A DNA stretch of 64,000 nucleotides from a bacterium (GCA_965261085.1 OZ253442.1:640001-704000), one strand, 5' to 3'. Numbered from the stretch's first letter, positions 36,217-47,226 are shown. Numbers and translations: made by a program. Notes: a model not told the origin generated them from the letters alone.

Positions 36217-37593
36217 ATGGCATCCGTGAAGCGCTATGACTATACAAAGGGCTCCATTGGCTTTGGGCTATTTCGCCTGGCCGTTCCCTCATGTCTGGAA
36301 CCGATAGCCTGGAACGCCGACACGCTGGTCGAAATCTTTTGGGTGGGGCGTTTGGGGACAGAATATCTGGCTGCGGTGTCTTTGAGCTTTATGATCATCT
36401 TCTTTTTTCGTGCAGTTGGCTTCGGCATCAGAATTGCGGGCAGCGCTTTGGTGGCTCAGAGGATCGGAGCAAAAGAGCCTGAACACGCAAGCCATGTGGC
36501 GGGTCAGGCCTTTTTGCTTGCGGGCATCTATTACGTCGCCATCAGCATTCTAGGATATATGTTGTCATCGCATTTGCTTGGTCTTTTAACTTCTGACGCT
36601 AATGTGATGCGAGTTGGTGTTGGGTATTTACAGGCATCGTTTCTCACAATAGCGTTTGTAGATGGCATTTTTACGGTCTCACATCAGTTGAAAGCGGCCG
36701 GCGAACCAGGGAAATCTTTGATTGGCCTCGGAGTTTCAACGCTTATGTCCATCACGTTCATTCCTCTCCTTATTTTTGGTCTGGGCCCATTCACGGGATT
36801 AGGACTTCCGGGTTCTGCCTTTGGAATTGGATTGGGTCGTATCATAGGAATTATTGTCGTCCTATGGATTTTGACATCAGGACGTTCTCGCCTCCGTATC
36901 AGGTGGATTCATCTCAAGCCCCATGCGCAAACCTTGCGTCGTATCATTCTTTTGGGCTGGCCCGCAGCGGCGCAAAACTTGCTTGAGCGCGGCGCCCTTC
37001 TCATCTTGCTGAAGATTTTGGCGTTGTTTGGGCCGTTGGTGTTAGCCGCATGGTCGATTGGGAATCGGCTCGGGACGTTTTCGCGATTGCCCGGTTTTGG
37101 GATTCAGTCTGCCGTCCGGACGATGGTGGGTCAAAACATAGGCGCTAACCGGCCGGATCGGGCGCTAAAAAGTGTCTATCTCTCTATAGCTGGTTTGTTT
37201 TTTATGATGTGTGGCGTGACGTTTCTTTTGTACTTTTATGCAAGAGAAATTGTCTTGATCTTCGGCATGAGAAACGAGGGAATCGATGTTGGTGTCACTT
37301 GTGTCCGCATACTCACCATCGGCACTCTGTTTGAAGCTATCCGGCGAATGTTGGCGGGTGCTTTTCAAGGGGCGGCGAACACAAAGCCGCCTATGGTTGT
37401 GGAAGCCTTTATTCGATGGGGTTTTCAGATACCTCTCGCATATTTTGCCGCTTTGCCGTTGGGATTCGAAGCCGCTGGTGTATGGGGCGCGATGACGATA
37501 AGCCATTTTATGGGAAGTGTGTGCCTTTTGGTTTGGTTTTTAGTTTGGTGCCACAAAAGAGGGATAGGCTCACATGCGGAAACAAGATTTTAA
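36217..37593 (+). CDS. MATE family efflux transporter (tandem paralogue)
   Basis: DYTKGSI, VAQRIGA, MVGQNIGA. Confidence 0.92.
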   Translation: MASVKRYDYTKGSIGFGLFRLAVPSCLEPIAWNADTLVEIFWVGRLGTEYLAAVSLSFMIIFFFRAVGFGIRIAGSALVAQRIGAKEPEHASHVAGQAFLLAGIYYVAISILGYMLSSHLLGLLTSDANVMRVGVGYLQASFLTIAFVDGIFTVSHQLKAAGEPGKSLIGLGVSTLMSITFIPLLIFGLGPFTGLGLPGSAFGIGLGRIIGIIVVLWILTSGRSRLRIRWIHLKPHAQTLRRIILLGWPAAAQNLLERGALLILLKILALFGPLVLAAWSIGNRLGTFSRLPGFGIQSAVRTMVGQNIGANRPDRALKSVYLSIAGLFFMMCGVTFLLYFYAREIVLIFGMRNEGIDVGVTCVRILTIGTLFEAIRRMLAGAFQGAANTKPPMVVEAFIRWGFQIPLAYFAALPLGFEAAGVWGAMTISHFMGSVCLLVWFLVWCHKRGIGSHAETRF

Positions 37594-37870
37594 TGACAAA
37601 CAGAGAGGGTTTTTGCGTGGGATGCTGGGTTCAACGACAACCGAGTGTGGATACGTCGACGGAATAGGAAGAGTCACAGAGCATCACAAATCAGCCGTTC
37701 ATGATTCAGTCGCTCCCTTGTGTATTGGGTGTCGCTACTTTTAGCGGTCGCGGCGAGTCATTCTCGCAAGGGTTGAAAATCAATAGTATATATAGTGAGA
37801 CCGCTTGATATAGGGCTTATTATTCACCTTAAAGCTGACTGTCAAAAAACATGATGAAGGCGAGAGACTC

Positions 37871-40240
37871 ATGAGCCGCAAAATAGGTAGTCTTTATTTC
37901 GTTTTGGTGATTTCACTTTTTTTCTCCTCTGTAGCATATGCGGCGGATATTGCTTCAAGTGAAACGACAGAAACAACAGATTGGACGATCGTTTTGCGAG
38001 ATGCGACCCGGTATCTTCAAAGTGAAGGAAAAACCCCAAGCCTTACTCGGGGATATTTGTTTTTGGTACGGAAAATCCGTTCACGCGCTGATGACGTCAA
38101 AACAAGATTCCAAAAAGAACTCCAGCAGTTTGTGAAATTACTCGAGGCCATCGGCCCTCCCCCCGCAAAGGACAGCCCGCCCGAAGCGAGAGAGATAGCC
38201 GACAAAAGAGAGCAATATAATCGTCAAATCACGGTTGCGCGCGCGCGCATCGTCGAGGCCGAACTGGCCATTGTCCAGGCTGCGCAGTTGGAAGAATCCC
38301 TCTCCCGACATAAGTTCGAGCAGCTTTTGAGAGAGATGTACCGTCGTACACCGATACCCGTCTCACCCGGCGTGCTCACAAAGGGCGTTCCGGAAATTGC
38401 GGCTGAAGTTCGAAGTATTCTCCGTTCTCCATGGGATTGGTTCGCAAAACTGCCTCCAGATATTGGTGGTAGTGCAGTCTTGTTGCCGGGAATAGTGGTT
38501 TTGATTCTAGGCGCAGTTTTTGGATGGGGAATTAGGCGGAGCGCTTTGAGTATGCTCGGCCGCGACCTCGGGATGTTGGAGCCCTCATATGCGCGTCGGT
38601 TTGGCGCCGCCATCATAGAAGGAGTTGGCAACAGCATTTTCCCAGGAACTGTTTTAGCGGGCCTTTATATATGGGTGACCCGACCGGGCGCTTTGGTGAG
38701 TGGTCTGTTTGGAGAAGCACTCACGTCTTTTCTTTTTTCCATGTTGCTCTTTTGTTTGGTTGTTTCGTTTGCGAAGTCTTTTCTCTCCCCCGATCAACCG
38801 GCTTGGCGGTTCACGGGCCAATCTTCAGAAAATGCGCAAAGCGCTTATCGTTTGATTTTCACGTTGGCGGTTGTTTTTTTGGTCGACATGTTCTTCTCAA
38901 ACCTCGGGGGAGAGGGGGCGAGATCCGCCGGGGCGATGGCGATTTACGCCGCGGTGTTCGGAGCCTTGGAAGGTTGGTTCTTCGTCAAACTTGCGCGGGG
39001 GAAACTCTGGCGAGCCGAAGCGGATCAGGAAGGTGAGATCGCACGGGAGGGACAGACGTGGCGATTGATGCGTCGCACCGCGAGAGTGCTTGCAATTATT
39101 AGTGTTGCAGCGTTGTTTGTCGGATATGGCGTTTTCGGCAAGTGGCTTCTCACCAACCTTATTTTGACGGCCCTTCTGTTATCGGTAATGGTTTTGTTGC
39201 GTGGTTTGATGCACGAACTGGTATCCTGGTCGACTAAATCCGAGTCTATACAAGACAAACTCCACATTCCTTCCCGCGTGATCGAGAGGTATCGTTCTTG
39301 GGGGCGAGTCATTGTCGATCCGGTCATTTTTATTTTCGGCGTCATTGTTATCGTGCCCATTTGGGGAGTGCCGCCTGATGATCTGATTCGCTCGACCTTC
39401 CAGGTGTTGTCCGGATTCCAAGTGGGCAGCATTCGCATATCTATAATCGATATTTTCTTGGCTATTGCCGTCTTCTTCTTCACCATGGCCGGAGCAAGGT
39501 TCTTGCAAAGGCAGTTGTCAGAGCGTTTTCTGGAGAAAACGAATCTGCCTTCCGGTATAAGCCACTCTCTAAACGCGGGATTCGGTTATGCGGGTGTAAT
39601 CGTTGCGGCCCTATTAAGTATTTCAGTAACGGGAATCGATCTCTCGAACCTCGCGCTGGTTGCCAGTGCCCTCTCGGTCGGGGTCGGTTTTGGGCTGCAA
39701 AATGTGGTGAATAACTTTGTTTCCGGGTTGATACTTTTGGTCGAAAGGCCTATCAAAGTCGGGGATTGGGTTCGTGTGGGAAATGATGAGGGAGTTGTGA
39801 AAAGAATACAGTTTCGCGCAACGGAGCTTGAAACCTGGCAACGGGCTTCGGTGATTATTCCGAACGCGGAGATTATTTCGACATCGGTCACCAACCTGAC
39901 GCATCGCGATCAGTATGGTCGCGTAGAAGTCGGGGTTGGTGTTGCATATGGCTCCAACGTGCAAAAAGTTCGAGAAATTTTATTGGATGTTGCCGATAAG
40001 AATGAGCAGGTGAGCGATTTTCCTGAACCCAATGTTATATTTCGTGATTTCGGTTCAAGTAGCCTGGATTTTGAACTGCGCTGTTTCACTCCGAATGTGA
40101 TGAGCCGATTGGGGGTCGCGAGTGATTTAAGATTTGAGATTGAGCGTCGGCTTCGCGAGGAGGGCATCGAGATACCCTTCCCGCAAAGAGTCGTTCATCT
40201 CATGAGTCCACAAAAAGACGATCAGGAAAAAGAATTGTAA
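37871..40240 (+). CDS. MscS-family mechanosensitive channel, large MscK-like
   Basis: signal peptide, coiled coil, many TMs, ALSVGVGFGLQNVVNNFVSGLILLVERPIKVGD, IEIPFPQR. Confidence 0.93.
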   Translation: MSRKIGSLYFVLVISLFFSSVAYAADIASSETTETTDWTIVLRDATRYLQSEGKTPSLTRGYLFLVRKIRSRADDVKTRFQKELQQFVKLLEAIGPPPAKDSPPEAREIADKREQYNRQITVARARIVEAELAIVQAAQLEESLSRHKFEQLLREMYRRTPIPVSPGVLTKGVPEIAAEVRSILRSPWDWFAKLPPDIGGSAVLLPGIVVLILGAVFGWGIRRSALSMLGRDLGMLEPSYARRFGAAIIEGVGNSIFPGTVLAGLYIWVTRPGALVSGLFGEALTSFLFSMLLFCLVVSFAKSFLSPDQPAWRFTGQSSENAQSAYRLIFTLAVVFLVDMFFSNLGGEGARSAGAMAIYAAVFGALEGWFFVKLARGKLWRAEADQEGEIAREGQTWRLMRRTARVLAIISVAALFVGYGVFGKWLLTNLILTALLLSVMVLLRGLMHELVSWSTKSESIQDKLHIPSRVIERYRSWGRVIVDPVIFIFGVIVIVPIWGVPPDDLIRSTFQVLSGFQVGSIRISIIDIFLAIAVFFFTMAGARFLQRQLSERFLEKTNLPSGISHSLNAGFGYAGVIVAALLSISVTGIDLSNLALVASALSVGVGFGLQNVVNNFVSGLILLVERPIKVGDWVRVGNDEGVVKRIQFRATELETWQRASVIIPNAEIISTSVTNLTHRDQYGRVEVGVGVAYGSNVQKVREILLDVADKNEQVSDFPEPNVIFRDFGSSSLDFELRCFTPNVMSRLGVASDLRFEIERRLREEGIEIPFPQRVVHLMSPQKDDQEKEL

Positions 40241-40242
40241 AA

Positions 40243-41259
40243 TTATTTGTATGTGTAAGGTTTGGGCTCTGGTTTTTGGCCAACCTTGTTTCTCATAATT
40301 CCCAGTGGGCCCATATCAATTTCCACGATATCCCCTGGTTGGATCCATCGGTCTATTTCCATGCCGCACCCCCCGGGAACAGTGCCTGACCCCATTAGAT
40401 CTCCCGTGAGGAGATTCTCATCCCTGGCGGTGTAGGCGATTATTTGCGCGAAAGTCCAATACATCTCTCCGGGCGTGGTTTCCACCCATGTTTCTCCATT
40501 GATCCTTGCGGCCATGGGAATATTTTTTGGATCACCGACCTCATCGGGTGTGGCTATCCAGGGACCCAAACTCCAGCACCAGTCCTTGCTCTTGTATGGT
40601 CCGGTTCCCATTGCCATTTCGCCTCCCTGTGCGTCCCGGGCGCTCCAGTCGTTTAATATCGCATAACCGAAGATGTGCTCATGTGCGTCTTCTTCTGAAA
40701 TATCCCGCCCCGGCATGCCGACCACACAGCAGAATTCGAGTTCAAAATCCATTTTTTCGGTGAAGCTGGGCCAGGGGACTTCCTCCTCAGGCCCGGCCAT
40801 GTGGGCGCAACTCGCCTTGAAGGCAAGTGGACGCTCGTACCAGGTTTGCGGGATTTCTAGGCCCATCACTTCAAATGTTTTTTTGAGATGGCGCTCGAAT
40901 CCGGCAAAACCACGAATGAGCGGAGGTTGTTTTATCGGCGCAAGGAGCCGGGCTTCGCTTGGCGCATATATAATTTGCTCCCCGCGAGGGCCGGTAGCGT
41001 CTTCATGCTCGAGTGCGTATTCGAGAGCTTCTTCAGCGGCTTCGATGCCGCCTTTACCCGATGCCGCAATGGCCAGCATGTCGGATGGAATGAGGGCGTC
41101 CGCCATGGCTTGGGGACGTGAGGAGCCACGCTGTTTGAATTCCGCAGCCGCCGCGAAATTGAGGTCGATGTATCGGGGGTCATCGCCTTCGGATACAACG
41201 GCGCCCAAACGCTCGAATGGGCCAACAGGTGTTCGCACTTCAAAGGTGCAAAATTTCAT
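40243..41259 (-). CDS. fumarylacetoacetate hydrolase family protein
   Basis: MDFELE, GYAILNDWSARD, KSKD, GSGT. Confidence 0.92.
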   Translation of the reverse strand: MKFCTFEVRTPVGPFERLGAVVSEGDDPRYIDLNFAAAAEFKQRGSSRPQAMADALIPSDMLAIAASGKGGIEAAEEALEYALEHEDATGPRGEQIIYAPSEARLLAPIKQPPLIRGFAGFERHLKKTFEVMGLEIPQTWYERPLAFKASCAHMAGPEEEVPWPSFTEKMDFELEFCCVVGMPGRDISEEDAHEHIFGYAILNDWSARDAQGGEMAMGTGPYKSKDWCWSLGPWIATPDEVGDPKNIPMAARINGETWVETTPGEMYWTFAQIIAYTARDENLLTGDLMGSGTVPGGCGMEIDRWIQPGDIVEIDMGPLGIMRNKVGQKPEPKPYTYK

Positions 41260-41313
41260 GGCGTCTCTCCGGGTTGGCTAATTGGATGGTGTCCATATCT
41301 GTATATTTCATGT

Positions 41314-41838
41314 TTATTTCAAATCGACTTTGTCCCGCTCGTCCGTTTCCGGGAAAGGGCCTTCCTTGATTTCGATGAGTTTTGAGTCATCTTCCAAGAA
41401 TTCAACTTCGTGTCCTTCGTACATCAATATGAGATCATCGCGATGCAAAATTGCATCGCCTAAATTTCCCCCTTCTTTGGTAAATACGCCGACTCGAACT
41501 TTGCCACGCTGGCACAAGAGAATCTGGTGCCGTGTGGTATTCGTAGTTCTCTCTTCCACCACGTGATAATGCGCTTTGGTAATGGCGCCTTTGGGTCTGT
41601 TCAAAACGATGATTTGTAGGGGCACTTCATTATCCGTCATATGCGCCTTTGTGTTGCGCTCGGCCTCAATATCTTGGCCAGCGTATGCGGTGCGGATGTG
41701 ATCTTTCGCCTCATCAGTATCCAGATAAGGAGGAAACTTGTCGTAATCGTTGAAATCTCCTTTGATGTGGATGGCGATGATGCGTCCGTCAGAAGCTTTG
41801 TAGTAGTCTACGTTTTTAGAATCGACTTCTAGAGACAT
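41314..41838 (-). CDS. hypothetical cupin-like protein
   Basis: AHYH, GHEVEFLEDDSKLIEIKEGPF; GAGG RBS. Confidence 0.65.
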   Translation of the reverse strand: MSLEVDSKNVDYYKASDGRIIAIHIKGDFNDYDKFPPYLDTDEAKDHIRTAYAGQDIEAERNTKAHMTDNEVPLQIIVLNRPKGAITKAHYHVVEERTTNTTRHQILLCQRGKVRVGVFTKEGGNLGDAILHRDDLILMYEGHEVEFLEDDSKLIEIKEGPFPETDERDKVDLK

Positions 41839-41915
41839 AATGTTCCTCGGAAGTGATTAAAGTCGGGGAAACAGCTTTTCACCATAAATCAGTTAAAAAC
41901 AAATCTTCGAGAAAA

Positions 41916-42800
41916 TCATAAATCTACTTTTGTGATTTTCATGTGAAAGTCAAGTGGAGGGGCGGAGCGAACGAGCGAACTGGTGGAAATATAGTCCACC
42001 CCCGTCTCTGCGATGCTCCTCATGCTGGCGTCACCGATACCGGAGGCCTCGAGCTCATAGGGTTTTTGTGTTTTCGAGGCGATACCAACCTTTCGGGTGC
42101 GGGAAACGGCTTTTTGGAGTGTTTCGATGTCCATATTATCGAGCAGAATCATGTGCACGTGTCCGTCTTCGATTACTTCTTCTAACTGCGTTAAGTTTTG
42201 TACTTCAATTTGAGTTTCCGTCATATATCGATTGCCGAATTGTCTGTCGATGGCGGCAGTGATGGAGCCGGCAGCTACAATGTCGTTATCCTTTATCATT
42301 TCACCGTCGAAAAAACCGAGGCGGTGATTTTGGCCACCACCTGCGCGTACTGCGTATTTTTCAAAATAACGCAAGCCTGGGCGGTTCTTTCTGGTATCGA
42401 TAATGCCCTTGAGAGTGTCGGGAAAATCTCCGAAGCGAGCCAATGTATGAGCCGTATGCGTGGCGATTTCAGAGATATGTGAAAGAAGATTGAGCGCGGT
42501 CCGCTCTGCCTTCAAAATGGTTTGGGTGTGGCCTGACACATATGCTAATAGTTCGCCTTTGGAAATCGTGGAGCCTTCATCTTTTTGCCAGTTGACTTCA
42601 GGTGGAATACTTTTCCCGAGAGCCAAAAGGTTTTGGGTTTCCTCCAATATATGGATGAAAAAGGGGGAACCTGCGAGAATGGCATCGCTTTTCGAGCGCA
42701 ACTCGGCCACGCACAAGGGTTCTTTTTCGGCGTCATACTGAAGAGGAGCACCTGCAAAGTCTTCTAGGAGCCATTCCCGAATTTTAGAACGGATGTCCAT
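41916..42800 (-). CDS. nadC: nicotinate-nucleotide pyrophosphorylase (quinolinate phosphoribosyltransferase)
   Basis: AERTALNLL, DTRKNRPGLR, NHRLG, IKDN, ILLDNM, EASG. Confidence 0.92.
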   Translation of the reverse strand: MDIRSKIREWLLEDFAGAPLQYDAEKEPLCVAELRSKSDAILAGSPFFIHILEETQNLLALGKSIPPEVNWQKDEGSTISKGELLAYVSGHTQTILKAERTALNLLSHISEIATHTAHTLARFGDFPDTLKGIIDTRKNRPGLRYFEKYAVRAGGGQNHRLGFFDGEMIKDNDIVAAGSITAAIDRQFGNRYMTETQIEVQNLTQLEEVIEDGHVHMILLDNMDIETLQKAVSRTRKVGIASKTQKPYELEASGIGDASMRSIAETGVDYISTSSLVRSAPPLDFHMKITKVDL

Positions 42801-42818
42801 ATCTAGTGGTATTTGGTG

Positions 42819-43943
42819 TTATACGATTTTGAGCATACGCTCAATGGGTATTCGCGCGCGCCGAGCCAGCTCCGGATCCACGGTAATTTCATGCTTTAGA
42901 TCACGTAGGCATTCATACAGGTTTTGTAATGTGTTTTGTTTCATGTAGGCGCAAAGTGCTTCGCGGCTAGCGGGAATTAAGATTTTGTCCGGAACCGCTT
43001 TGGACATTGGGTGGAGGTTTCCGACCTCGGTAGCCACGATGACTTCGGGGTGAGGGACTTCCTCCAGCAGCTTGATCATACCCTGAGTTGATCGGAACTG
43101 AAGCATATCCTCAGGCACGATTCCATCGTTCACTTGACGCATGCAGGCGCTGGTGCATCCGCACTCGGGGTGAACCACGGTGATGGCTTCGGGGTGCAAT
43201 TGTTGCTGCTCCAGGACGTGATGCGGGCGAATCCTTTCATGCACATGACATGCGCCCATCATAAGATGGAGGCGGTCCAAAGAATGTCCTTTGCTCTCCA
43301 GGAGTTTGGCTGCGTAGAAGCCCAAGAATACATCGGGCAAAAACAATATAGGTTGCTCGGGTCTGGAGTTTTCAAGGATATGCAGGGTGATTTTGCCCGC
43401 GTTGGCGGACGCGCAACAGTAATCGCTCTCCGCTTTTACCTCAAGGTATGTGTTTACATAGCTGATGACGATTCCGTCAGGATGCTCCTTTTTCCATTCC
43501 CGAATTTTATCGACATCGGCATGAGCGGCCAAAGAGCAAAGTGCCTGTAGACTGGGAGCCAATACAGTTTGATGCGGTTTTTTAAGCGCGGCCAAAATTT
43601 GATTCATGAACAAGACGGATGGTTCAACGAGGTAATCTGCGTCCGAGGCAGCGCCTTGTTGGGCTAAAAACAATGAATCTCCGATGACATCGGATACATC
43701 CTGAATGTCTCTGGGAACATAATTATGAGCCAAGATGAGTGCATTTTTCTCTTTTTTGAGTCGCCTGACCTCACCTTGCAGAAATTCTCTATCCTCTTCC
43801 GTAATGTTCTCGGGGTGTGCGTTTTCGGGGATTTCGGGGACATCAATGGAAGGTCCGAGGTCTGTTTGGTCCATTAAAGCGATGGCATCTTTTGCTGGAA
43901 GGATGTCACCGGCCTCAATATCTAAAATCATTTCAAACTCCAT
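42819..43943 (-). CDS. nadA: quinolinate synthase A
   Basis: ILAHNY, GDSL, CSLA, YVNT, CHVH, HPEC, CAYMKQNT. Confidence 0.95.
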   Translation of the reverse strand: MEFEMILDIEAGDILPAKDAIALMDQTDLGPSIDVPEIPENAHPENITEEDREFLQGEVRRLKKEKNALILAHNYVPRDIQDVSDVIGDSLFLAQQGAASDADYLVEPSVLFMNQILAALKKPHQTVLAPSLQALCSLAAHADVDKIREWKKEHPDGIVISYVNTYLEVKAESDYCCASANAGKITLHILENSRPEQPILFLPDVFLGFYAAKLLESKGHSLDRLHLMMGACHVHERIRPHHVLEQQQLHPEAITVVHPECGCTSACMRQVNDGIVPEDMLQFRSTQGMIKLLEEVPHPEVIVATEVGNLHPMSKAVPDKILIPASREALCAYMKQNTLQNLYECLRDLKHEITVDPELARRARIPIERMLKIV

Positions 43944-44399
43944 TTTTTAGAATGGCTATAAAGTTCGCATCTTGTTCTTGGGAGTTGAGCTTTCATTCCG
44001 CTTGCGCAAAAAATCACAAGCTTGCGCAAAAAATAATGACTCCCATTAAATCAATAGTTTCACTTTTGGCGAATAAAGCGTGATACGGTACATGATTTCT
44101 ACCACCCCCTTCAGAGTCTTATTATTCCATGCTTTATCATAATAAGTAAAATAGAAAGAGAAAAAAAATCTGGTTTATTCTTGCCGAGTTGTGCTCTTTT
44201 TGTTAGGTTTTGTGATTGAGGTTTATGCGTTAGGTTATTGACAACGCAGTGGGCGAAGATCATCTCCCTGTCAATTGGTTCGAATCGCGGGTCGCCGAGC
44301 GAGACGACTCGTTTTTATTTATTTGAACCAGAATCCGACACGGCTCCTTTATCGGTATTTGTTTTACGTGAGGAAATTGGGGGTTTCGGGGAATCCATC

Positions 44400-44594
44400 A
44401 TGACACGTGGAGTGATTTGGTTGTTGGGCGCTTTGCTTTTGTCAGGACTGTTGATTTTTGCGCTAAATAGGATTTGTTCGAATACGTTAATTTTTTCAAA
44501 ATTAACCGGATATTTTTGTCCTAAACCCCGGATGAAATTGATAACGGTACCGCCGAATCCTAAGTCCGAAGGGGTGGAGCGACAAAAGAATTGA
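44400..44594 (+). CDS. small hypothetical membrane or secreted protein
   Basis: N-terminal hydrophobic helix, 64 aa. Confidence 0.4.
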   Translation: MTRGVIWLLGALLLSGLLIFALNRICSNTLIFSKLTGYFCPKPRMKLITVPPNPKSEGVERQKN

Positions 44595-44626
44595 TCAATT
44601 CCCAAGTATTTTAGAAAGGTGAGGTT

Positions 44627-46033
44627 ATGAGCGATTCGGATTCTCTCATCACAGATGCCATCGTCGAATTTGTCTTGGAGACGGAATACGAAGACATTCC
44701 TGAAGATGTCAGGGTAATCATGCGCCGCTGTTTTGTGGATGGTATCGGTTTGATGGTTGCGGGTTCCACAGAAGAAAGTGGGCAGATAATTCAAAACTAC
44801 CTCAGGGAAATTGGAGGAGAACCCGAGGCGCGTGTAGTAGGGACTGATATGACGGTGCCTGCCCATCTTGCCGCTTTGGCCAATGGCATCGCGGGCCATG
44901 CAATGGATTATGACGATACGCAGTTGAGCAGCTATCCAGATCGTGTGTACGGCTTGTTGACTCACCCCACATGTCCGGTGATGCCCGCTGCTATGGCTAT
45001 TGCCGAGGCGCTGGGCGCAACGGGGCAGGAGTTGCTCACTGCATTTGCGCTGGGCTTCGAAGTGGAATGTAAGGTGGCGGAGGCGATTCGGCCGGATCAT
45101 TACATCAAAGGATTTCATTCCACGGGAACGATTGGCGCCATTGGAGCGGCTACTGCAGCCGCGAAGTTGATGGGATTGAATGAACATCAATTGCGTATGT
45201 GCTACGGGATCACCTGTTCGGAAAGTGCCGGTCTTCGTGCTAATTTTGGAACGATGACGAAGCCGTACCACTGTGGCCGCGCGGCGGAGAACGGTGTTGT
45301 AGCGGCAAGGTTGGCGTCGGGCGGTTACTCTTCGGACCCCACGATATTTGATGGACAATGGGGATTTTTCCAGATTATGGGTGGTGGTTGTGATCAAGAT
45401 TATATTGTTGGAAAACTTGGTAATGCCTGGTCGGCGGTAGATCCCGGAGTGTCGATTAAACCATATCCTTGCGGTTCCCTGTCACACCCTGCCATGGATG
45501 CCGCCCGGGATCTGATTTTAGAAAATGATGTCAAGCCAGAGCAGGTCAAAGAGTTACGTTTTGGGACCACCTCGCGCGTGTTGGAACCTCTGCGCTACAC
45601 GGAGCCGCAAAACGAACTGGAGGCTAAATTTTCTTTACAATTTGGGTTTGCCGCCTTGTTGTTAGAGCGCGCAGCTGGGATTGCTCAATATAAAGACGAG
45701 GTCGTCAAGCGTCCCGATGTCGTGGAGATGATGAAAAAGATAAATGCCTTCAAGGACGATGAAATCGAGGCCCAGGGTTACGCTCTCATTCGCGGCAAGG
45801 TGGCGATAGAACTTGAAGACGGCACGGTGTATGAGAAAATGTCGGAAATCTCCCGTGGCACTCCTCAGCGCCCCATGGATCGCGAGGAGCTTTACGAGAA
45901 ATTCACGGAATGCAGCAGCTTGGTGTACGAGAGCAATCAGATCGCTATGATTGAGGCGATGCTCTATAAAATCGATACGCTCGAAAACATCCATGGCCTC
46001 ATCGAGTTCTTAGGCGAGAAAATGGAAGTCTAA
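44627..46033 (+). CDS. MmgE/PrpD family protein
   Basis: GHAMDYDD, THP, GFHSTG, GTMTKPYH, IKPYPCG, AKFS. Confidence 0.93.
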   Translation: MSDSDSLITDAIVEFVLETEYEDIPEDVRVIMRRCFVDGIGLMVAGSTEESGQIIQNYLREIGGEPEARVVGTDMTVPAHLAALANGIAGHAMDYDDTQLSSYPDRVYGLLTHPTCPVMPAAMAIAEALGATGQELLTAFALGFEVECKVAEAIRPDHYIKGFHSTGTIGAIGAATAAAKLMGLNEHQLRMCYGITCSESAGLRANFGTMTKPYHCGRAAENGVVAARLASGGYSSDPTIFDGQWGFFQIMGGGCDQDYIVGKLGNAWSAVDPGVSIKPYPCGSLSHPAMDAARDLILENDVKPEQVKELRFGTTSRVLEPLRYTEPQNELEAKFSLQFGFAALLLERAAGIAQYKDEVVKRPDVVEMMKKINAFKDDEIEAQGYALIRGKVAIELEDGTVYEKMSEISRGTPQRPMDREELYEKFTECSSLVYESNQIAMIEAMLYKIDTLENIHGLIEFLGEKMEV

Positions 46034-46095
46034 CGATTTTCCCTCACCAAGTGCGTATCTGCCGTCCATAGGAATGACAGGCAAGGGACGATAAA

Positions 46096-46491
46096 TTGGG
46101 TTTTCATCGCTGGGAAGACATTCCAGAAACTCAAAATCTTCGTAAGGGAACCATGCGTCGAGCGGTCGCATTGGATGGGTTGACGATGCAGCGCGGCGAG
46201 ATTTCTCCCGACACGCTGTTCAATGAGAGTACGATTCATCGCCACCCCGAAGATCAGTTTATCATTATGCTGAAGGGTAAACTGAAAATGCACATTGATG
46301 GCGTTGAGGAATGGCTCGAACCCGGTAGTTTCGCCTCCATCCCGGGCGGTGTGTTCCATAGCGCAACGGGCGTGGGACCTGAGGGTGCGAAATACATTGA
46401 AGTATTATCTTCAGGCCGTATCGACTACTTGCCTGGTTATCTGGGTAAACCTAAAAATGAATTTTTACATGAGAAGCAAAGCGGTTCATGA
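46096..46491 (+). CDS. cupin domain protein
   Basis: IHRHPEDQF...IPGGVFHSA. Confidence 0.82.
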   Translation: MGFHRWEDIPETQNLRKGTMRRAVALDGLTMQRGEISPDTLFNESTIHRHPEDQFIIMLKGKLKMHIDGVEEWLEPGSFASIPGGVFHSATGVGPEGAKYIEVLSSGRIDYLPGYLGKPKNEFLHEKQSGS

Positions 46492-46892
46492 TGACAGAAG
46501 AGGCAAATAGAGTTTTTGTCGTTTGCTCTGATTTAATGTTCTCCGCCGGTATTCGTGAAGCGGGAATTTCGCAAGGGATTGTGTTGGAGTTCATCGATTC
46601 AGAGGAGAAATTTGATGAGACGATCGAAAAATTTTGCGCCGTATTATTCATGTCGGATCTGCATCACCACAAACTAGGTGGCGAAAAAGCGGGTGAACTC
46701 GTCAAAAAGTTAAAGGCCAGTCAAAAAAACAAAGATGCGTACACCATTGCTTGGGGCAAGCATACCGAGCCGGAGTTGCTCAACTCAGCGACTCGAGCAG
46801 GTTTTGACAAGGTGGTTCCCCGTTCTTTGTTTGTGAAAGAAATGCCCGAGTTCGTTCGACAAGCGGCAAGTCGAATTCGAATGCGCGCATGA
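46488..46892 (+). CDS. hypothetical protein, atypical receiver-like fold
   Basis: DLMFS...DL...GKH...AGFDKVVPRS pattern; coupled start/stop. Confidence 0.6.
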   Translation: MMTEEANRVFVVCSDLMFSAGIREAGISQGIVLEFIDSEEKFDETIEKFCAVLFMSDLHHHKLGGEKAGELVKKLKASQKNKDAYTIAWGKHTEPELLNSATRAGFDKVVPRSLFVKEMPEFVRQAASRIRMRA

Positions 46893-47212
46893 CGTCCCTT
46901 CGCAAAGGCGAGAGGCTCAATCCTGAGTCATGCGATGGTTCTCTCATCTGGTGGTTGTATGTGCCGACATCACGGCAAAATTATTTGCAAGCGATATTGG
47001 AAGGTTATGACGATTTAGGGTACTACCAAACTTTTCATGCTTGCATCGAGAAAAACGAACACGGCGAACCCATGTCTCTTGCGAGGCTGACTTCATCTAT
47101 AGATGCAAAAGTTGGGACCAAAGCGCTTCTCGAAACATTCTCGAAAGAAATTAAACTCAAAATACTGGATTCTGCGCCTCCGTTCGACTCTTCAGAACAA
47201 CCAAGAGCATAA
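46889..47212 (+). CDS. hypothetical protein (DUF4911-like)
   Basis: YLQAILEGYDDLG motif; coupled to upstream gene. Confidence 0.5.
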   Translation: MTSLRKGERLNPESCDGSLIWWLYVPTSRQNYLQAILEGYDDLGYYQTFHACIEKNEHGEPMSLARLTSSIDAKVGTKALLETFSKEIKLKILDSAPPFDSSEQPRA

Positions 47213-47226
47213 AGGACATCCCCATA

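Noticed and set aside
44270-44300. GGTTCGAATC, resembling a tRNA T-loop
   Set aside because: Flanking bases form no T-stem or acceptor stem; no cloverleaf
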